From assembly GCA_963788655.1 (NCBI GenBank), contig CAWBHS010000088.1:192001-256000 (forward strand): a stretch of 64,000 nt of DNA, written 5' to 3'. The position numbers and the translations under genes were made by a program. Shown here piece by piece: positions 28,004 through 37,510 of the stretch. This stretch comes from an uncultured Verrucomicrobiae bacterium. Lineage in GTDB: Bacteria; Verrucomicrobiota; Verrucomicrobiia; Limisphaerales; JAFGQR01. The notes beneath the pieces were generated by a model. It searched no databases, was not told where the DNA came from, and saw only the letters and a list, made by a program, of their open reading frames with translations. Within the stretch, counting starts at the first letter, position 1; the number at the start of each line of letters is the position of its first letter.

Positions 28004-28533
28004 AAGCCCTCAAGACATGCGGGGAGTTCGTCGAGGTAGTAGTCCGCTTCCGCTTCCTTCTGCTCGGGCGTCAGCGGGGCGAAATAGATCGCATCAAGCG
28101 GGTATTGCGCCGTACACACGTACATCGCCAACTGCTCTTGCTTCCGCCACAAGTCCGAGGGGCTGTCGGAACCCGTACCCGCGTCGACCATGACAGCCCC
28201 AATATGCGCCGATGCGTTGTAGCCCGCCTGCTTCATGCAGTCCACCAAGGCCTGAACCTGATCGAATGGAGACGTCTCCCGGACCACCGCCACCTCGGGA
28301 GGGTCGGTGATACCGAAGGCCGCAGCTGCGTCACTCAACGCCTTGGCGCGGAGTTCCGCGGCAGTCGACGCATCGATCGTCGGCGCCGCTGGCACCTTGG
28401 TTCCGCCACCCGAACACGCCGACAGGACCGCGACGGCGCTGAGGGCCACGAGCAACCGGGCCGCGTTCCTTCTCGCCCATGACAAGTTGACGAGCGGCAC
28501 AGTCCAGCCGTTCGGGGTTGGTGACGAGTCCAC
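27991..28533 (-). CDS. Actinobacterial lipoprotein (3' truncated at junction)
   Basis: Lipobox VLSAC; VDCMKQAGY, YVCTAQYP, LPACLE Cys pattern. Confidence 0.7.
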   Translation of the reverse strand: MDSSPTPNGWTVPLVNLSWARRNAARLLVALSAVAVLSACSGGGTKVPAAPTIDASTAAELRAKALSDAAAAFGITDPPEVAVVRETSPFDQVQALVDCMKQAGYNASAHIGAVMVDAGTGSDSPSDLWRKQEQLAMYVCTAQYPLDAIYFAPLTPEQKEAEADYYLDELPACLEGLKNT

Positions 28534-28629
28534 ATCTACTCCTTGATCTGGCGATACTGGTCGGCCCGTCCTACGCCATGGGCTGGGACGGCTCGGAATT
28601 CTATCCGCGCCGCCCCAGCAGCAAGAGAG

Positions 28630-28938
28630 CTAGTCGCAGGTGGCGTAGGCGTAATAGATAGTCGAGGCGGAAACGCCCCAATAGGCCGACGTTTCACCGG
28701 AATGGGCGTAGAAAATGGTGTAGGCGCCGCCAGGGTAGACAGGGACGTAACTCGATATATGGCCGATGTAGTATGACGCGGGCAGTGAAGCTTTCCCATA
28801 CAGCGACGCTGCGTACACGTATCCGCACGTGACATGGCCTGACTTCGTGGCGGCGGATGCTGGTGCGCTGACGGCCACCACGAGGCCTAGACTCATGGCG
28901 ATTGCGGCGAGTCGAACGCGGAACTTCTTCGTTGACAT
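28630..28938 (-). CDS. Small secreted Tyr-rich protein with two Cys (102 aa)
   Basis: Strong RBS AAGGAGGAGG; signal peptide ending APASA; mature part begins ATKSGHVTC and ends ATCD. Confidence 0.8.
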   Translation of the reverse strand: MSTKKFRVRLAAIAMSLGLVVAVSAPASAATKSGHVTCGYVYAASLYGKASLPASYYIGHISSYVPVYPGGAYTIFYAHSGETSAYWGVSASTIYYAYATCD

Positions 28939-29248
28939 GATCTGAACCTCCTCCTTATTGTTGGCCAGGCGGCAGTGAGCCGTCTTCCGCCGAAGAACTT
29001 CGGCACTCGGTCGGGAACCCGATGCCAAGCGGGCCGTCATCGTCGCGAACGCCCCTGAATGATCGCGACAATCCGGCAACAACTCTGCATTTCGAGATGT
29101 GCGAGAAGGTCCACGACGTCCGCGATCGCGAACCGGGCCGTGTACGTTCGATCGCCGCAATTCCCGAGAACCCCCTATTTGGGAAAAGTACGCCCATTCG
29201 CGTATCGGTGCAAGTTGAGCGGTCCTCGGTCTTCCGGGCAGTTTTCGT

Positions 29249-29385
29249 GTGGTCGTCGGGGCGTCCGAGGGGCTGGATCGGGGGGGGGGGTCTCGTTGCT
29301 TGTTCACCTCCGAACAGCGCCTGGCGTTCGTGGGACGCGACGGCCGATGCGCCTGGTGCAACGTCCCGCCCGCCTGGTGTGAGGT
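29249..29385 (+). pseudogene. Fragment of a DUF222-HNH gene
   Basis: GASEGLD...SRCLFTSEQRLAFVGRDGRCAWCNVPPAWCE matches the intact copies at 36 kb and 53.5 kb. Confidence 0.8.
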
Positions 29386-29451
29386 CACCCCACCGCAGAC
29401 GAAGCGAAGGACGGGGGAGAGGGTTCGCCCGAAGCGACGCTCGGACGAGCA

Positions 29452-29622
29452 CTGGCGCCGGAGAACCGCTTCTGGACATTCGCCCAGTCAACGATGTTGC
29501 ACCACGCCTTGACGTAGTCGCCCGCGACGTTCTCGTACTGCAGGTAGAACGAGTGCTCCCATAGGTCGAGCATCTGCAGCGGGATGAAGTTGAGCGGGAC
29601 GTTGCCCTAATGTTCGCAGGGC
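29452..29622 (-). pseudogene. sodA: 3' remnant of Fe/Mn superoxide dismutase
   Basis: EH*GNVPLNFIPLQMLDLWEHSFYLQYENVAGDYVKAWCNIVDWANVQKRF; DxWEH motif, internal stop, no 5' part. Confidence 0.8.
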
Positions 29623-29790
29623 TGGGCGATCGCGAGGCGCGAGGATCGTCCGCCCCGAGCCCTGGATTGGAGGCGGACGCTCGACGCTCCTGGGAAGCGA
29701 GACAGGTCGGCAACCCCACCTGAGTCGCGCCCCTATCGCGTCCAGGCGTCCTTCCGGTGGTGAGAGGCGTCGTCCGCGTAGGCTCGTGCG

Positions 29791-30398
29791 ATGAGCCGCC
29801 GCGTCCTCGCCCTGGCCGTCACGCTGCCGCTGGTTCTCGCGGTATGCTCAACCGCCCCACCCGGAACCGATGAGCTGGGCACCGCCGAGGTCGCCATCAT
29901 CCAGAGGCTCGACTTGATCGAGCACGCCGTTGCCGAGTGGTACGACGCCGAGACCCTGCCCGAGGCCAAGGCGGCGGCGGAGCTGGCGCTCAACCTCGTC
30001 GTCGGGCCGGACAATCCGCTCTTCGGGAACGCGGACGGCGACGGCACCGCGCGAGGTCAACGGCAGGACATCGGCTTGCTTCCGGGGCTGGTCTATAACG
30101 GCATCGCGCAGGACGCGGCGGGGAACCCGTGCGTCGAGGCCGACGTGCTCGGCGGTTCGTGGGCCGATCCCGACGCGCGGTGGGCCACGGCGCAGGCCGC
30201 CTACGACGCGTGGACGCCCACCAACAACACGATGCCGACGCTGGCGAGCCACCCGCAGCGCATCGTCGGCTGGGCGACGCTCACGCTCGCCTTGGACGAC
30301 GTTGGCCCGGCTCGCTCGACGCCGCCCACGAGTACGCGGGGCACGCCCAGCTCCACGTGGACGTGAGCCGAGCCGCGGTCGAAGACTGCGGGCGGTAG
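29791..30398 (+). CDS. Putative exported/lipoprotein, frameshift near 30305
   Basis: Signal-like N-terminus ending LAVC; tail LDAAHEYAGHAQLHVDVSR in another frame; leaderless TAGGCT promoter. Confidence 0.6.
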
Positions 30399-30442
30399 CG
30401 AAGTCCCACCACCGCGGCGCCGCGCGGCACTAGCGTGGTGCC

Positions 30443-31183
30443 ATGAACCAACGCGACAAGGCGCTCGCCCTACGCGCCCTGCACGAGGCGCCCGAGATCC
30501 TCGTGCTCGTCAACGCGTGGGACGTCGCGTCCGCCCGAGTCGTCGCCGCGCTGCCCGGGTGCCGCGCCGTCGGCACCACGAGTGCCGCCGTGTCCGACGC
30601 CGCGGGCTTCCCCGACGGGGAGGAGATGCCGCTTGACCTGGTGCTCGCGAACCTCGCGCGCATCTGCGAAGCCGTCGAGCTGCCCGTCACCGCCGACCTC
30701 GTGACCGGCTACGGGGACGTCGCCGCGACCGTGACGGAGGCGATCCGCGTCGGCGTCGTGGGCGCGAATATAGAAGACGCCATGCGCCCGCTCGACGCGT
30801 CGGTCGAGGCCATCGCGGCGGCCGTCGAGGCGGGAGCAGCCGCCGGGGTGCCGTTCGTCGTCAACGCCCGCACCGACGCCTACCTCCTCGACACGGGGCT
30901 AAGCGAGGACGAGAAATTCGACCAGGCCGTCGTCCGCTCGCGCGCGTACCTCGACGCGGGCGCGACGTGCGCGTTCGTCCTCGGGGTGTACGACGCCCCG
31001 ACCATCCGCCGGCTCGTGGAGGCGATCGGGGTGGGCAAGGTCAACATCTTCGGGGCGAGGGGCGCGCCCCCGCCCTCCGAACTGGAGCGCATGGGCGTGA
31101 CGCGCGTGTCGTACGGGCCGTACGGGTACCGCGCCGCGATGGCGGAGTTCGGGCGCTACGCCGAGGAGCTACTGGCGACCTAG
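30443..31183 (+). CDS. Isocitrate lyase/PEP mutase family protein
   Basis: NAWDVASAR, TTSAAV, PVTADL, GANIED, VNARTD. Confidence 0.9.
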   Translation: MNQRDKALALRALHEAPEILVLVNAWDVASARVVAALPGCRAVGTTSAAVSDAAGFPDGEEMPLDLVLANLARICEAVELPVTADLVTGYGDVAATVTEAIRVGVVGANIEDAMRPLDASVEAIAAAVEAGAAAGVPFVVNARTDAYLLDTGLSEDEKFDQAVVRSRAYLDAGATCAFVLGVYDAPTIRRLVEAIGVGKVNIFGARGAPPPSELERMGVTRVSYGPYGYRAAMAEFGRYAEELLAT

Positions 31184-31200
31184 GCGTGCGGAGGCTAGGG

Positions 31201-31707
31201 CTACGGCGTCGGCGAAACGGAGACGCTCGGCGAGGGCGAGGGCGATGGCGAGGACGTCGGTTGGAGATCGCCGAAAAGATTCGGCCACGGGAGGTCGTCC
31301 GGATACTCGCCAGGGGCATAGCCAGCGAACTCGGCGTCAGTGTCCAAGTGGACGACGTCGAGGCAGTACGTATCGACAAGACCGTGGGTCAAACCCTGGG
31401 CGAGGTCGTCGTATCGCGCCATCAGACGGGCGGCTTCATCGGCGTCGGGCACGTCGGCGATGTACGCGAGGATCTCGTCCTTGCGCTCGTCGAAACACTC
31501 CTGGGCGTCGGCGATTGCTATCTCTTTCCAGTGATTGAGTTCATAGAACCTGATCCACAGCAAGAAGATCACCACGAGGCCGAAGAAGACGGCCGAGAAA
31601 ATCACACGAGGCTTCAGCGTGTCCATCTTCCACTCGAACCAGAACCGGTTCCACGCCTCAACCTTGCCCAGGAAGGTGTTCGTATCCCGCTGCTGCCCTC
31701 GGACCAC
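31201..31707 (-). CDS. Single-TM hypothetical protein with Ser/Pro tail
   Basis: TM segment VIFSAVFFGLVVIFLLW; acidic domain; SPSPSPSVSVSPTP end. Confidence 0.6.
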   Translation of the reverse strand: MVRGQQRDTNTFLGKVEAWNRFWFEWKMDTLKPRVIFSAVFFGLVVIFLLWIRFYELNHWKEIAIADAQECFDERKDEILAYIADVPDADEAARLMARYDDLAQGLTHGLVDTYCLDVVHLDTDAEFAGYAPGEYPDDLPWPNLFGDLQPTSSPSPSPSPSVSVSPTP

Positions 31708-31806
31708 GCTGGTGTCCTCTTCCTGTGCTGGTCAAACCGGGCCCACGGCTCGGCCCCTCTACTATGGAGGAACCGCCCGCCCGCCGCACCGGGTAGCGTC
31801 ATCCGC

Positions 31807-32679
31807 ATGGCGAAGCGCGAAGACGAAGGAATCCTCGAGGGCCAGTGGGACGACCTCAACCGGGCCTTCTACCGGACCGGGAGCGGACCGCACGCGTACA
31901 TTCGGGCCCGACTCGCGACGCTTCGCAGCATGGTCAACCGGGACGTGCGAACCGTCGAGTCCGTCAACCTCCTTCACCACGCGGCCGAGGCCCTCGTCCG
32001 CCAGTTCCTGGCGCATCGCGGCGCACCGGACTGCCCGTGGCTCGAGCTGTCGAGACTCCGGAACTTCTCCGAATCCAAGGCGGCGGTGAGCGAGCTAGGC
32101 GACGCGCTCGCCGCGGGCGAGCGACCCGACGACGTGGTCGCCGTGTTCTACGGCGCGCCCGATGGGGACCCGGCCTCGGCCCCGGACGCCGGAGCGGGGC
32201 CTGGCCTAGGCGCGCTCCTCCGATACGCGTCCGACGTGCTTCTGGACGAGGCTGGCATGTACAACGCGATCAAGCACGGGATCGCGGCCGTGCCAGGCAA
32301 GCGGGCCTTCCCGGACGAGATCGACGGCCGCCCGTTCCCCCGTCAGCGCGGCGGAGGCATGTCGCTGCTCACGCTCCAGCCGCTCGACGCGGACGACGGG
32401 CGGCGGTGGACTCGCGTCATCACCTACGTCGACGCCGAGGAGAACATCGCGATGGTGGCGCTCATCGCGGAGCAGCTCGAGAATCTCTGGAACGTGGCGC
32501 GCGCCAAGTACCTGGGGGAGCCGCTCGCGAGCCTGCACCCGCTCGCCGAGGAGATGGCGGACCGGGTACGTTCCTCGACCGCCGCCAGTGGCCTGAGAAC
32601 GGTGCTCGAGGTCGGGTTCTCGCTGCTCTACCGAGACGACGACCGGGGCGCCGCGGACGGCCTACGCAACGAGCTGTGA
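31807..32679 (+). CDS. Hypothetical protein, HEPN-like motifs
   Basis: Leaderless TAGCGT-ATG start; LLHHAAEALVR and YNAIKHG motifs. Confidence 0.6.
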   Translation: MAKREDEGILEGQWDDLNRAFYRTGSGPHAYIRARLATLRSMVNRDVRTVESVNLLHHAAEALVRQFLAHRGAPDCPWLELSRLRNFSESKAAVSELGDALAAGERPDDVVAVFYGAPDGDPASAPDAGAGPGLGALLRYASDVLLDEAGMYNAIKHGIAAVPGKRAFPDEIDGRPFPRQRGGGMSLLTLQPLDADDGRRWTRVITYVDAEENIAMVALIAEQLENLWNVARAKYLGEPLASLHPLAEEMADRVRSSTAASGLRTVLEVGFSLLYRDDDRGAADGLRNEL

Positions 32680-32891
32680 CACTCGCCCTCGGGACACCCC
32701 CAGAACGGTCGCGGTGATCTCCAGATGACGCGAGTCGGCGACAGAAATACGCGTTTTCGGAAAGTAGCAGCGGTATGCCCGACTCGCATCTTTTACGGCG
32801 TCTTGCGTTCAACATGCGAATTGAGAGTGCTTGCCTTAGCATGGGCGATGGCCCGTGCGGCCACCCGAACCCGAGCACCTAGGAGACACGT

Positions 32892-33809
32892 ATGGCGCCC
32901 CGCATCGTCCCGCGAGTATTCGACCTGCACTTGAGCCGCAAGGTCGGTGTTGGTGTGATGGCACTCGCAGTGACGGCGTTGCTCGCTGGTTGCACGGACT
33001 CGGGCCTTGCGCCGAGCGACACCGGACCGTCGAGCGCCCCTGAGGGATTGGCCACGTACCGGCTGCCCCTGGACGATTACATCATTTCGCCATTCGAGTG
33101 GGACCTCGGCAACTACGCGGAGAACCTGCTCGCTGAGCAGTGCATGAACTCCCACGGATACGAGTGGTCCGTTCCGCGGCGCGACGTCGACTCGCTCGCA
33201 CCCCCCGCGACTCAGTCCGCGAGTGGGCGCAGGATCTTCAATGTCGATATAGCAAAGACGTACGGGTACCACCAACCCGACTGGCTTCCAGAGAACGTCG
33301 TTAAGGCCGAGCAGGCGCTCGGCTCGCAAGTCCTTTCCGCCGAGAAGCAGACCGCCCTGGACTCATGCATCACGGAAGATGCCCGCACCACGTTGCCGCT
33401 TCCCCAGAACTACGAGCAGCTCGGCACGTACCTCGCGAACGATGCGCTGGCCCGCGCGCTGGAAAGCGAAGAGGTCGTCAGCGCTATTCAGCAGTGGCGT
33501 ACGTGCATGGCACCTGCGGGGATCGATGACCTCCCCGAAAGCCCGCTAGGGATGCCCGGTGAATCTCTCGCCGCTGAATGGCGCGTTGGCGAGCCAGATA
33601 CCGTCGCGTCCGTTGCCGAGATTGAGATGGCGATCGACGACGCTACCTGCCGGGAACAGAGTGGGTTCGATGTCGCGCTCTATACCGCAGAATCGCGCTT
33701 CCAAGAGGCGGCGCTTTCCGAGAACGCGGACGCCCTCCTTGCCGAACAGCGGGAAGCGCAGAGCTACATTGAGCGCGTTTCCGAAACTCTCGCGTCGTTG
33801 GGCGCATAG
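32892..33809 (+). CDS. Lipoprotein (actinobacterial, Cys-patterned helical)
   Basis: Lipobox LLAGC; QCMNSHGY, WRTCMAPAG, EIEMAIDDATC. Confidence 0.8.
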   Translation: MAPRIVPRVFDLHLSRKVGVGVMALAVTALLAGCTDSGLAPSDTGPSSAPEGLATYRLPLDDYIISPFEWDLGNYAENLLAEQCMNSHGYEWSVPRRDVDSLAPPATQSASGRRIFNVDIAKTYGYHQPDWLPENVVKAEQALGSQVLSAEKQTALDSCITEDARTTLPLPQNYEQLGTYLANDALARALESEEVVSAIQQWRTCMAPAGIDDLPESPLGMPGESLAAEWRVGEPDTVASVAEIEMAIDDATCREQSGFDVALYTAESRFQEAALSENADALLAEQREAQSYIERVSETLASLGA

Positions 33810-33961
33810 AAGAAAACGCCTACATACACCTCGATCCCGCACGGGCACTTCGTGTGTGAAACCCAGGGCAGGGTGCCGCATCGGGCTGGGACAGAGCTCC
33901 CGAGTCCACGCTAGTTGGGCAAGCGGTCCGTCGGCTGGTTGGCATTGGCGTCCATCCACAG

Positions 33962-34140
33962 GGCCACGGCGTCGGCGATACGGAGACGCTCGGCGACGGT
34001 GGTGGCGTCACGTCGGGGAGTCTCCAAGGTTCGGCCACGGGAAGTCAGCCGGAACCTTTCCCGGGGCAAGGCCAGCCCATTCGGCGTCAACGTGCAACTC
34101 GATGGATTTGGTTCAGCAGAACAGGGCCCTCCCCTGGCTA
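33962..34140 (-). pseudogene. 3' remnant paralogous to the 31201..31707 gene
   Basis: LHVDAEWAGLAPGKVPADFPWPNLGDSPT plus PSVSVSPTP vs LDTDAEFAGYAPGEYPDDLPWPNLFGDLQPT...PSVSVSPTP. Confidence 0.7.
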
Positions 34141-34184
34141 GGGGGGCTATCGGATACGCCCCGACGTGATCCTCAGGATCGCGC

Positions 34185-34514
34185 CTACTTCGCGGGCAGC
34201 GTGCGCGCGAACGCGACGCCGCGGTCCACCCAAGCAACGACGGCCGCCTCGTCGTCGAGCGCCGGGCCCTCCACGAAGAGCCACCCGCGCATCGGGCGTC
34301 CCTGCATCACCATCTCCTCGACGCCGGGGCCGAGCAGTGCACCCACGCCCGTGGGGTCGGTACGGACGAGCAGCCCGCCGCGACCGCTCGCGGCCACGGT
34401 CATGTTGCCGTCCACCAGGAACGCGAGCCCGCCGAACATTGCCTTCTCCACCACCGAGACGTCGCGGGGGAGGGCGGCGCGGATCTCGTCCGCGAGGGCG
34501 TGGTCGTAGGCCAT
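34185..34514 (-). CDS. TfoX/Sxy N-terminal domain protein
   Basis: MAYDHALADEIR...EKAMFGGLAFLVDGNM...RPMRGW. Confidence 0.9.
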   Translation of the reverse strand: MAYDHALADEIRAALPRDVSVVEKAMFGGLAFLVDGNMTVAASGRGGLLVRTDPTGVGALLGPGVEEMVMQGRPMRGWLFVEGPALDDEAAVVAWVDRGVAFARTLPAK

Positions 34515-34765
34515 GCGGCCAGTGTTCCAGAAGGGTGCGACGCGGCCCGCGTCAGTGCACGCGCGGGACGATCCGGTACTTCACCTTCGCCGTGTATCGC
34601 TCCCAGAGGAGGTGCGATTGCGGAGCCCCCGGTGTAGCGTCGATTTGCGTTCGTGAGTGGATTCCTGCTCGTCAAGTCGATCGCCGATCTGATCAACAAT
34701 GCCGAAGCAGCGCTCGCGGCTTCCGCAGCTGAGACCACTGCGAACGCGGTGCCGGAGGGGCAAAC

Positions 34766-35272
34766 ATGGCCGATTCTCGCGACGTGAGTTCTGCGGGCGC
34801 CGCGCGAAGCGAGGCCAAGCGTCGGCGGGCCATGTCCTTGCGGGCACACGCCCCAAGGTGGTTGCGCGTGCTCGCCACATTCGCGTTCGTGCGGGCCGCG
34901 GCAATCGTGGCGATCGCGTGGTTCTGGTTGGACTACCGCGACGAGGCCATTGGCGAGGTCTCCGTGATCGCATGGGCGGCGTGCAGTGTCGCCTTCGAGT
35001 TGCTCGCGGGTATCACCTTGATGGCTGCCGCTGTCGGTCGCGTGCCATCAGGTGTTTCGCTCGCGCTCGCGATCCTGGCTTTTGGTGCCCTTGCGATCGG
35101 CGTGGTCTTGTTCGTAGGCGCCGGGATCTTCGGGAGGGCGCCGGAGTGGGCCCTTACCGTCGGGCTCTTCGACAACCTCGTAAGAGTGGTGCTCATCGTT
35201 GGCATGCTGTGGCCGATGATCCTTGCCCGTGCGGAGGCGGTCGACGCCCAACATTACGGGTCGCAAGGCTGA
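34766..35272 (+). CDS. Membrane protein (4 TM)
   Basis: Four hydrophobic segments. Confidence 0.55.
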   Translation: MADSRDVSSAGAARSEAKRRRAMSLRAHAPRWLRVLATFAFVRAAAIVAIAWFWLDYRDEAIGEVSVIAWAACSVAFELLAGITLMAAAVGRVPSGVSLALAILAFGALAIGVVLFVGAGIFGRAPEWALTVGLFDNLVRVVLIVGMLWPMILARAEAVDAQHYGSQG

Positions 35273-35283
35273 TGCCGAGCGGG

Positions 35284-35383
35284 CTCAGTACACGCGCGGC
35301 ACGATCTTGTACGGCACCTTCGCGGTGTACTGATCCCACAGCTCCCCGTACTTGGCGTGGCAGACCTAGTCGTCGTCGGCCCG
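35284..35383 (-). pseudogene. Decayed duplicate of the 3' ~100 bp of the ERG24-like gene
   Basis: Near-identical to 37510-37610, with an AAG>TAG stop. Confidence 0.85.
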
Positions 35384-35447
35384 GACGACCCCGGGTTTGA
35401 AGACAGCGCCGCGCGGCGTCAACCTGGGCGCGTTCCGCCGGGCGGGG

Positions 35448-35879
35448 CTAGTTCCATTCCTTCCGGATCAGCTCGTCATAGTCGGGAGGCTCTTGGCCTG
35501 GCTGGGCCGAAATCCAACCATCGCCAACTTTCTGATACGCCTTTCGACGATACTTCCGTTTCTTCACGATCGCGGTGATCGCCTCAGACAGTGAGGTGCG
35601 GTCAGCCCAAACGTTGCCACATTCGCCGCAACCGAAGAACGTTGCGTCAGCGTCCTCAACTTCACAGACCCAGCCGTAGCATGTCTCCACCGGGCATCGC
35701 CAGTTCTGGTCGGAAGTATGGTCCCTCGTCGGCGACTCCACCAGTACAGCGCGAGGGCAGGAGGGGCACTCGATCATTGCCAACTCCATGTCACCCGATA
35801 GCACGCGCGCCAGTAGAGCTCTGGCGTCGCTGTCAGGCTCAAACTCGTGCCCGCAATCGCAGCGGAGAAGGTTCTCCAT
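35448..35879 (-). CDS. Multi-CxxC (Zn-ribbon-like) hypothetical protein
   Basis: CDCGH, CPSC, CPVETC, CGECG. Confidence 0.7.
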   Translation of the reverse strand: MENLLRCDCGHEFEPDSDARALLARVLSGDMELAMIECPSCPRAVLVESPTRDHTSDQNWRCPVETCYGWVCEVEDADATFFGCGECGNVWADRTSLSEAITAIVKKRKYRRKAYQKVGDGWISAQPGQEPPDYDELIRKEWN

Positions 35880-36095
35880 TGCCGCAGTCTATTCGCCGCA
35901 CGCCCAACTCCACGTGGAGGTGAGCCTGGCCGCGATCGCAGGGTGCTCGACCTAGCCGTAGGCGGTGTGCGGGCTACACCAACCGCCAACGATGGTGAAT
36001 TCTGCCGCGACCTCCGTGGCGCCCATCGCGAACTGGTGTCCACAGGGCATGGTGGTCGCGTCCCCGTGCACAAAGTGGGGCAATCCCGACAAGCG

Positions 36096-36117
36096 TGTCA
36101 GTGGGTGGTGCTGGAAT
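36096..36117 (+). promoter_or_regulatory. PafBC/RecA-NDp-like promoter, leaderless
   Basis: TGTCAGTG-N8-TGGAAT, 7 nt before the ATG. Confidence 0.55.
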
Positions 36118-36124
36118 GGGTGTC

Positions 36125-37435
36125 ATGACGTTCATGACTCACTCGTTGCGCACGGCCGCCGCGGTCGTGTGCGCCCGTGAGGGTGTCGACGTCGCCGGGC
36201 TTCCGGCCCCAGAGTTGCTCGAACTGTCGGGGGACGTCGCTCGGTTGCGGCGTGATGCGGATGTGCTGATGGCGCAGGTGGCTGCGGAGATTCGCCGACG
36301 GTCGGAGGCGGACGACGCGGGGGCGGGGCTTGCCGCCAGGCAGGGGTTTCGGTCGGCGGGGCAGTTGGTGGCGCAGGTGACGGGTGGGAGTGTGGCGGAC
36401 GCGCGAAGGCTCATGGGCGCGGGGGAGCTTCTCGCCGACGCCGAATCGGCGGTGGTCGAGCAATCTCCGATGACGGAGTTTCGCTCGGATCTTGCGGGAA
36501 TGGTGCGGGACGGGCGGGTCGGTGTTGATGCGGCGGCACTGTTCACGGGAGCGATGGCGGGCCTTCCTGATGGGGAACGGACGCGGGACCTGTTCTCGAA
36601 GGCGTTGGGGAAGGCTCCGGGGTTGCCGTTGCATCAGATTCGCAAACTAGTGTGGCAGGCTCAGGCGTTCGCGGACCCGAAGGCGTGGGAGGAGCGGGAG
36701 GACCGTCAACACGAGGCCCGCGCACTCGCCATTCGGGACGACGCGGACGGCATGGTCACCCTCGAGGCACGCCTTACCCCGCTCGCAGCCGCCTCCGTGC
36801 GAGCGGTGTTGGATGCCGGGGTCCGTTGGGCCATGCGGGCACGGCGCGATAACCCGGACTCAGACACCCGTACTGCGTGGCAGATGCGGGCCGACGTTCT
36901 CACCGACCTGTGTCGACATGCCCTCGACTGTACGGAGGCCACCAGCGGGGTGAAGACCACGGTCGTGGTCCGCATGACCCGCGCCGACCTCGAATCGGGA
37001 TCCGGCGCGGGGGAGATCGACGGGATGCCCCAGCCCATCAGCGTAGGTGCGTTGCGTCGCGCCGCGGCGGACGCTGAGGTGATACCCGCGGTTCTTGGCG
37101 GCAAGTCAGAGGTGCTCGACTGGGGCCGATCTCGCCGCCTGTTCACTCCGGCTCAGCGCCTGGCGCTCGTGGAACGCGACGGTGGGTGCGCCTGGTGCAA
37201 CGCACCACCCTCCTGGTGCGAAGCGCACCACATTCGCTGGTGGGAGAGAGACGCCGGGCCTACGGACATGGCGAACGCCGTGCTGATGTGCGCCCGCTGC
37301 CACCATCGAGTTCATCGGGACGGCTGGGACATCGAGGTACGGGATCAGGTGGTGAACTTCATCCCGCCGCCGTCCGTGGACCCCGCGCGCGCACCCCGAA
37401 AGGGCGGGCGAGAACGCTTCGAGCTCGCGGCGTAG
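36125..37435 (+). CDS. DUF222 + HNH endonuclease (13E12-repeat-like)
   Basis: RTAWQMRADVL; RDGGCAWCNAPPSWCEAHH...N..LMCARCHHRVH. Confidence 0.9.
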   Translation: MTFMTHSLRTAAAVVCAREGVDVAGLPAPELLELSGDVARLRRDADVLMAQVAAEIRRRSEADDAGAGLAARQGFRSAGQLVAQVTGGSVADARRLMGAGELLADAESAVVEQSPMTEFRSDLAGMVRDGRVGVDAAALFTGAMAGLPDGERTRDLFSKALGKAPGLPLHQIRKLVWQAQAFADPKAWEEREDRQHEARALAIRDDADGMVTLEARLTPLAAASVRAVLDAGVRWAMRARRDNPDSDTRTAWQMRADVLTDLCRHALDCTEATSGVKTTVVVRMTRADLESGSGAGEIDGMPQPISVGALRRAAADAEVIPAVLGGKSEVLDWGRSRRLFTPAQRLALVERDGGCAWCNAPPSWCEAHHIRWWERDAGPTDMANAVLMCARCHHRVHRDGWDIEVRDQVVNFIPPPSVDPARAPRKGGRERFELAA

Positions 37436-37510
37436 GCCACGGCAACCAACCCGCACCGCGCCTGGTCCACGCCCGGACGTCTTCCGTCCTCGTCGTCGCC
37501 CCACTCGCAC

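Noticed and set aside
30967..31806. N-terminal extension of the 570-aa ORF
   Set aside because: Shadow of the PEP mutase and the antisense gene; the real start is the leaderless ATG at 31807.
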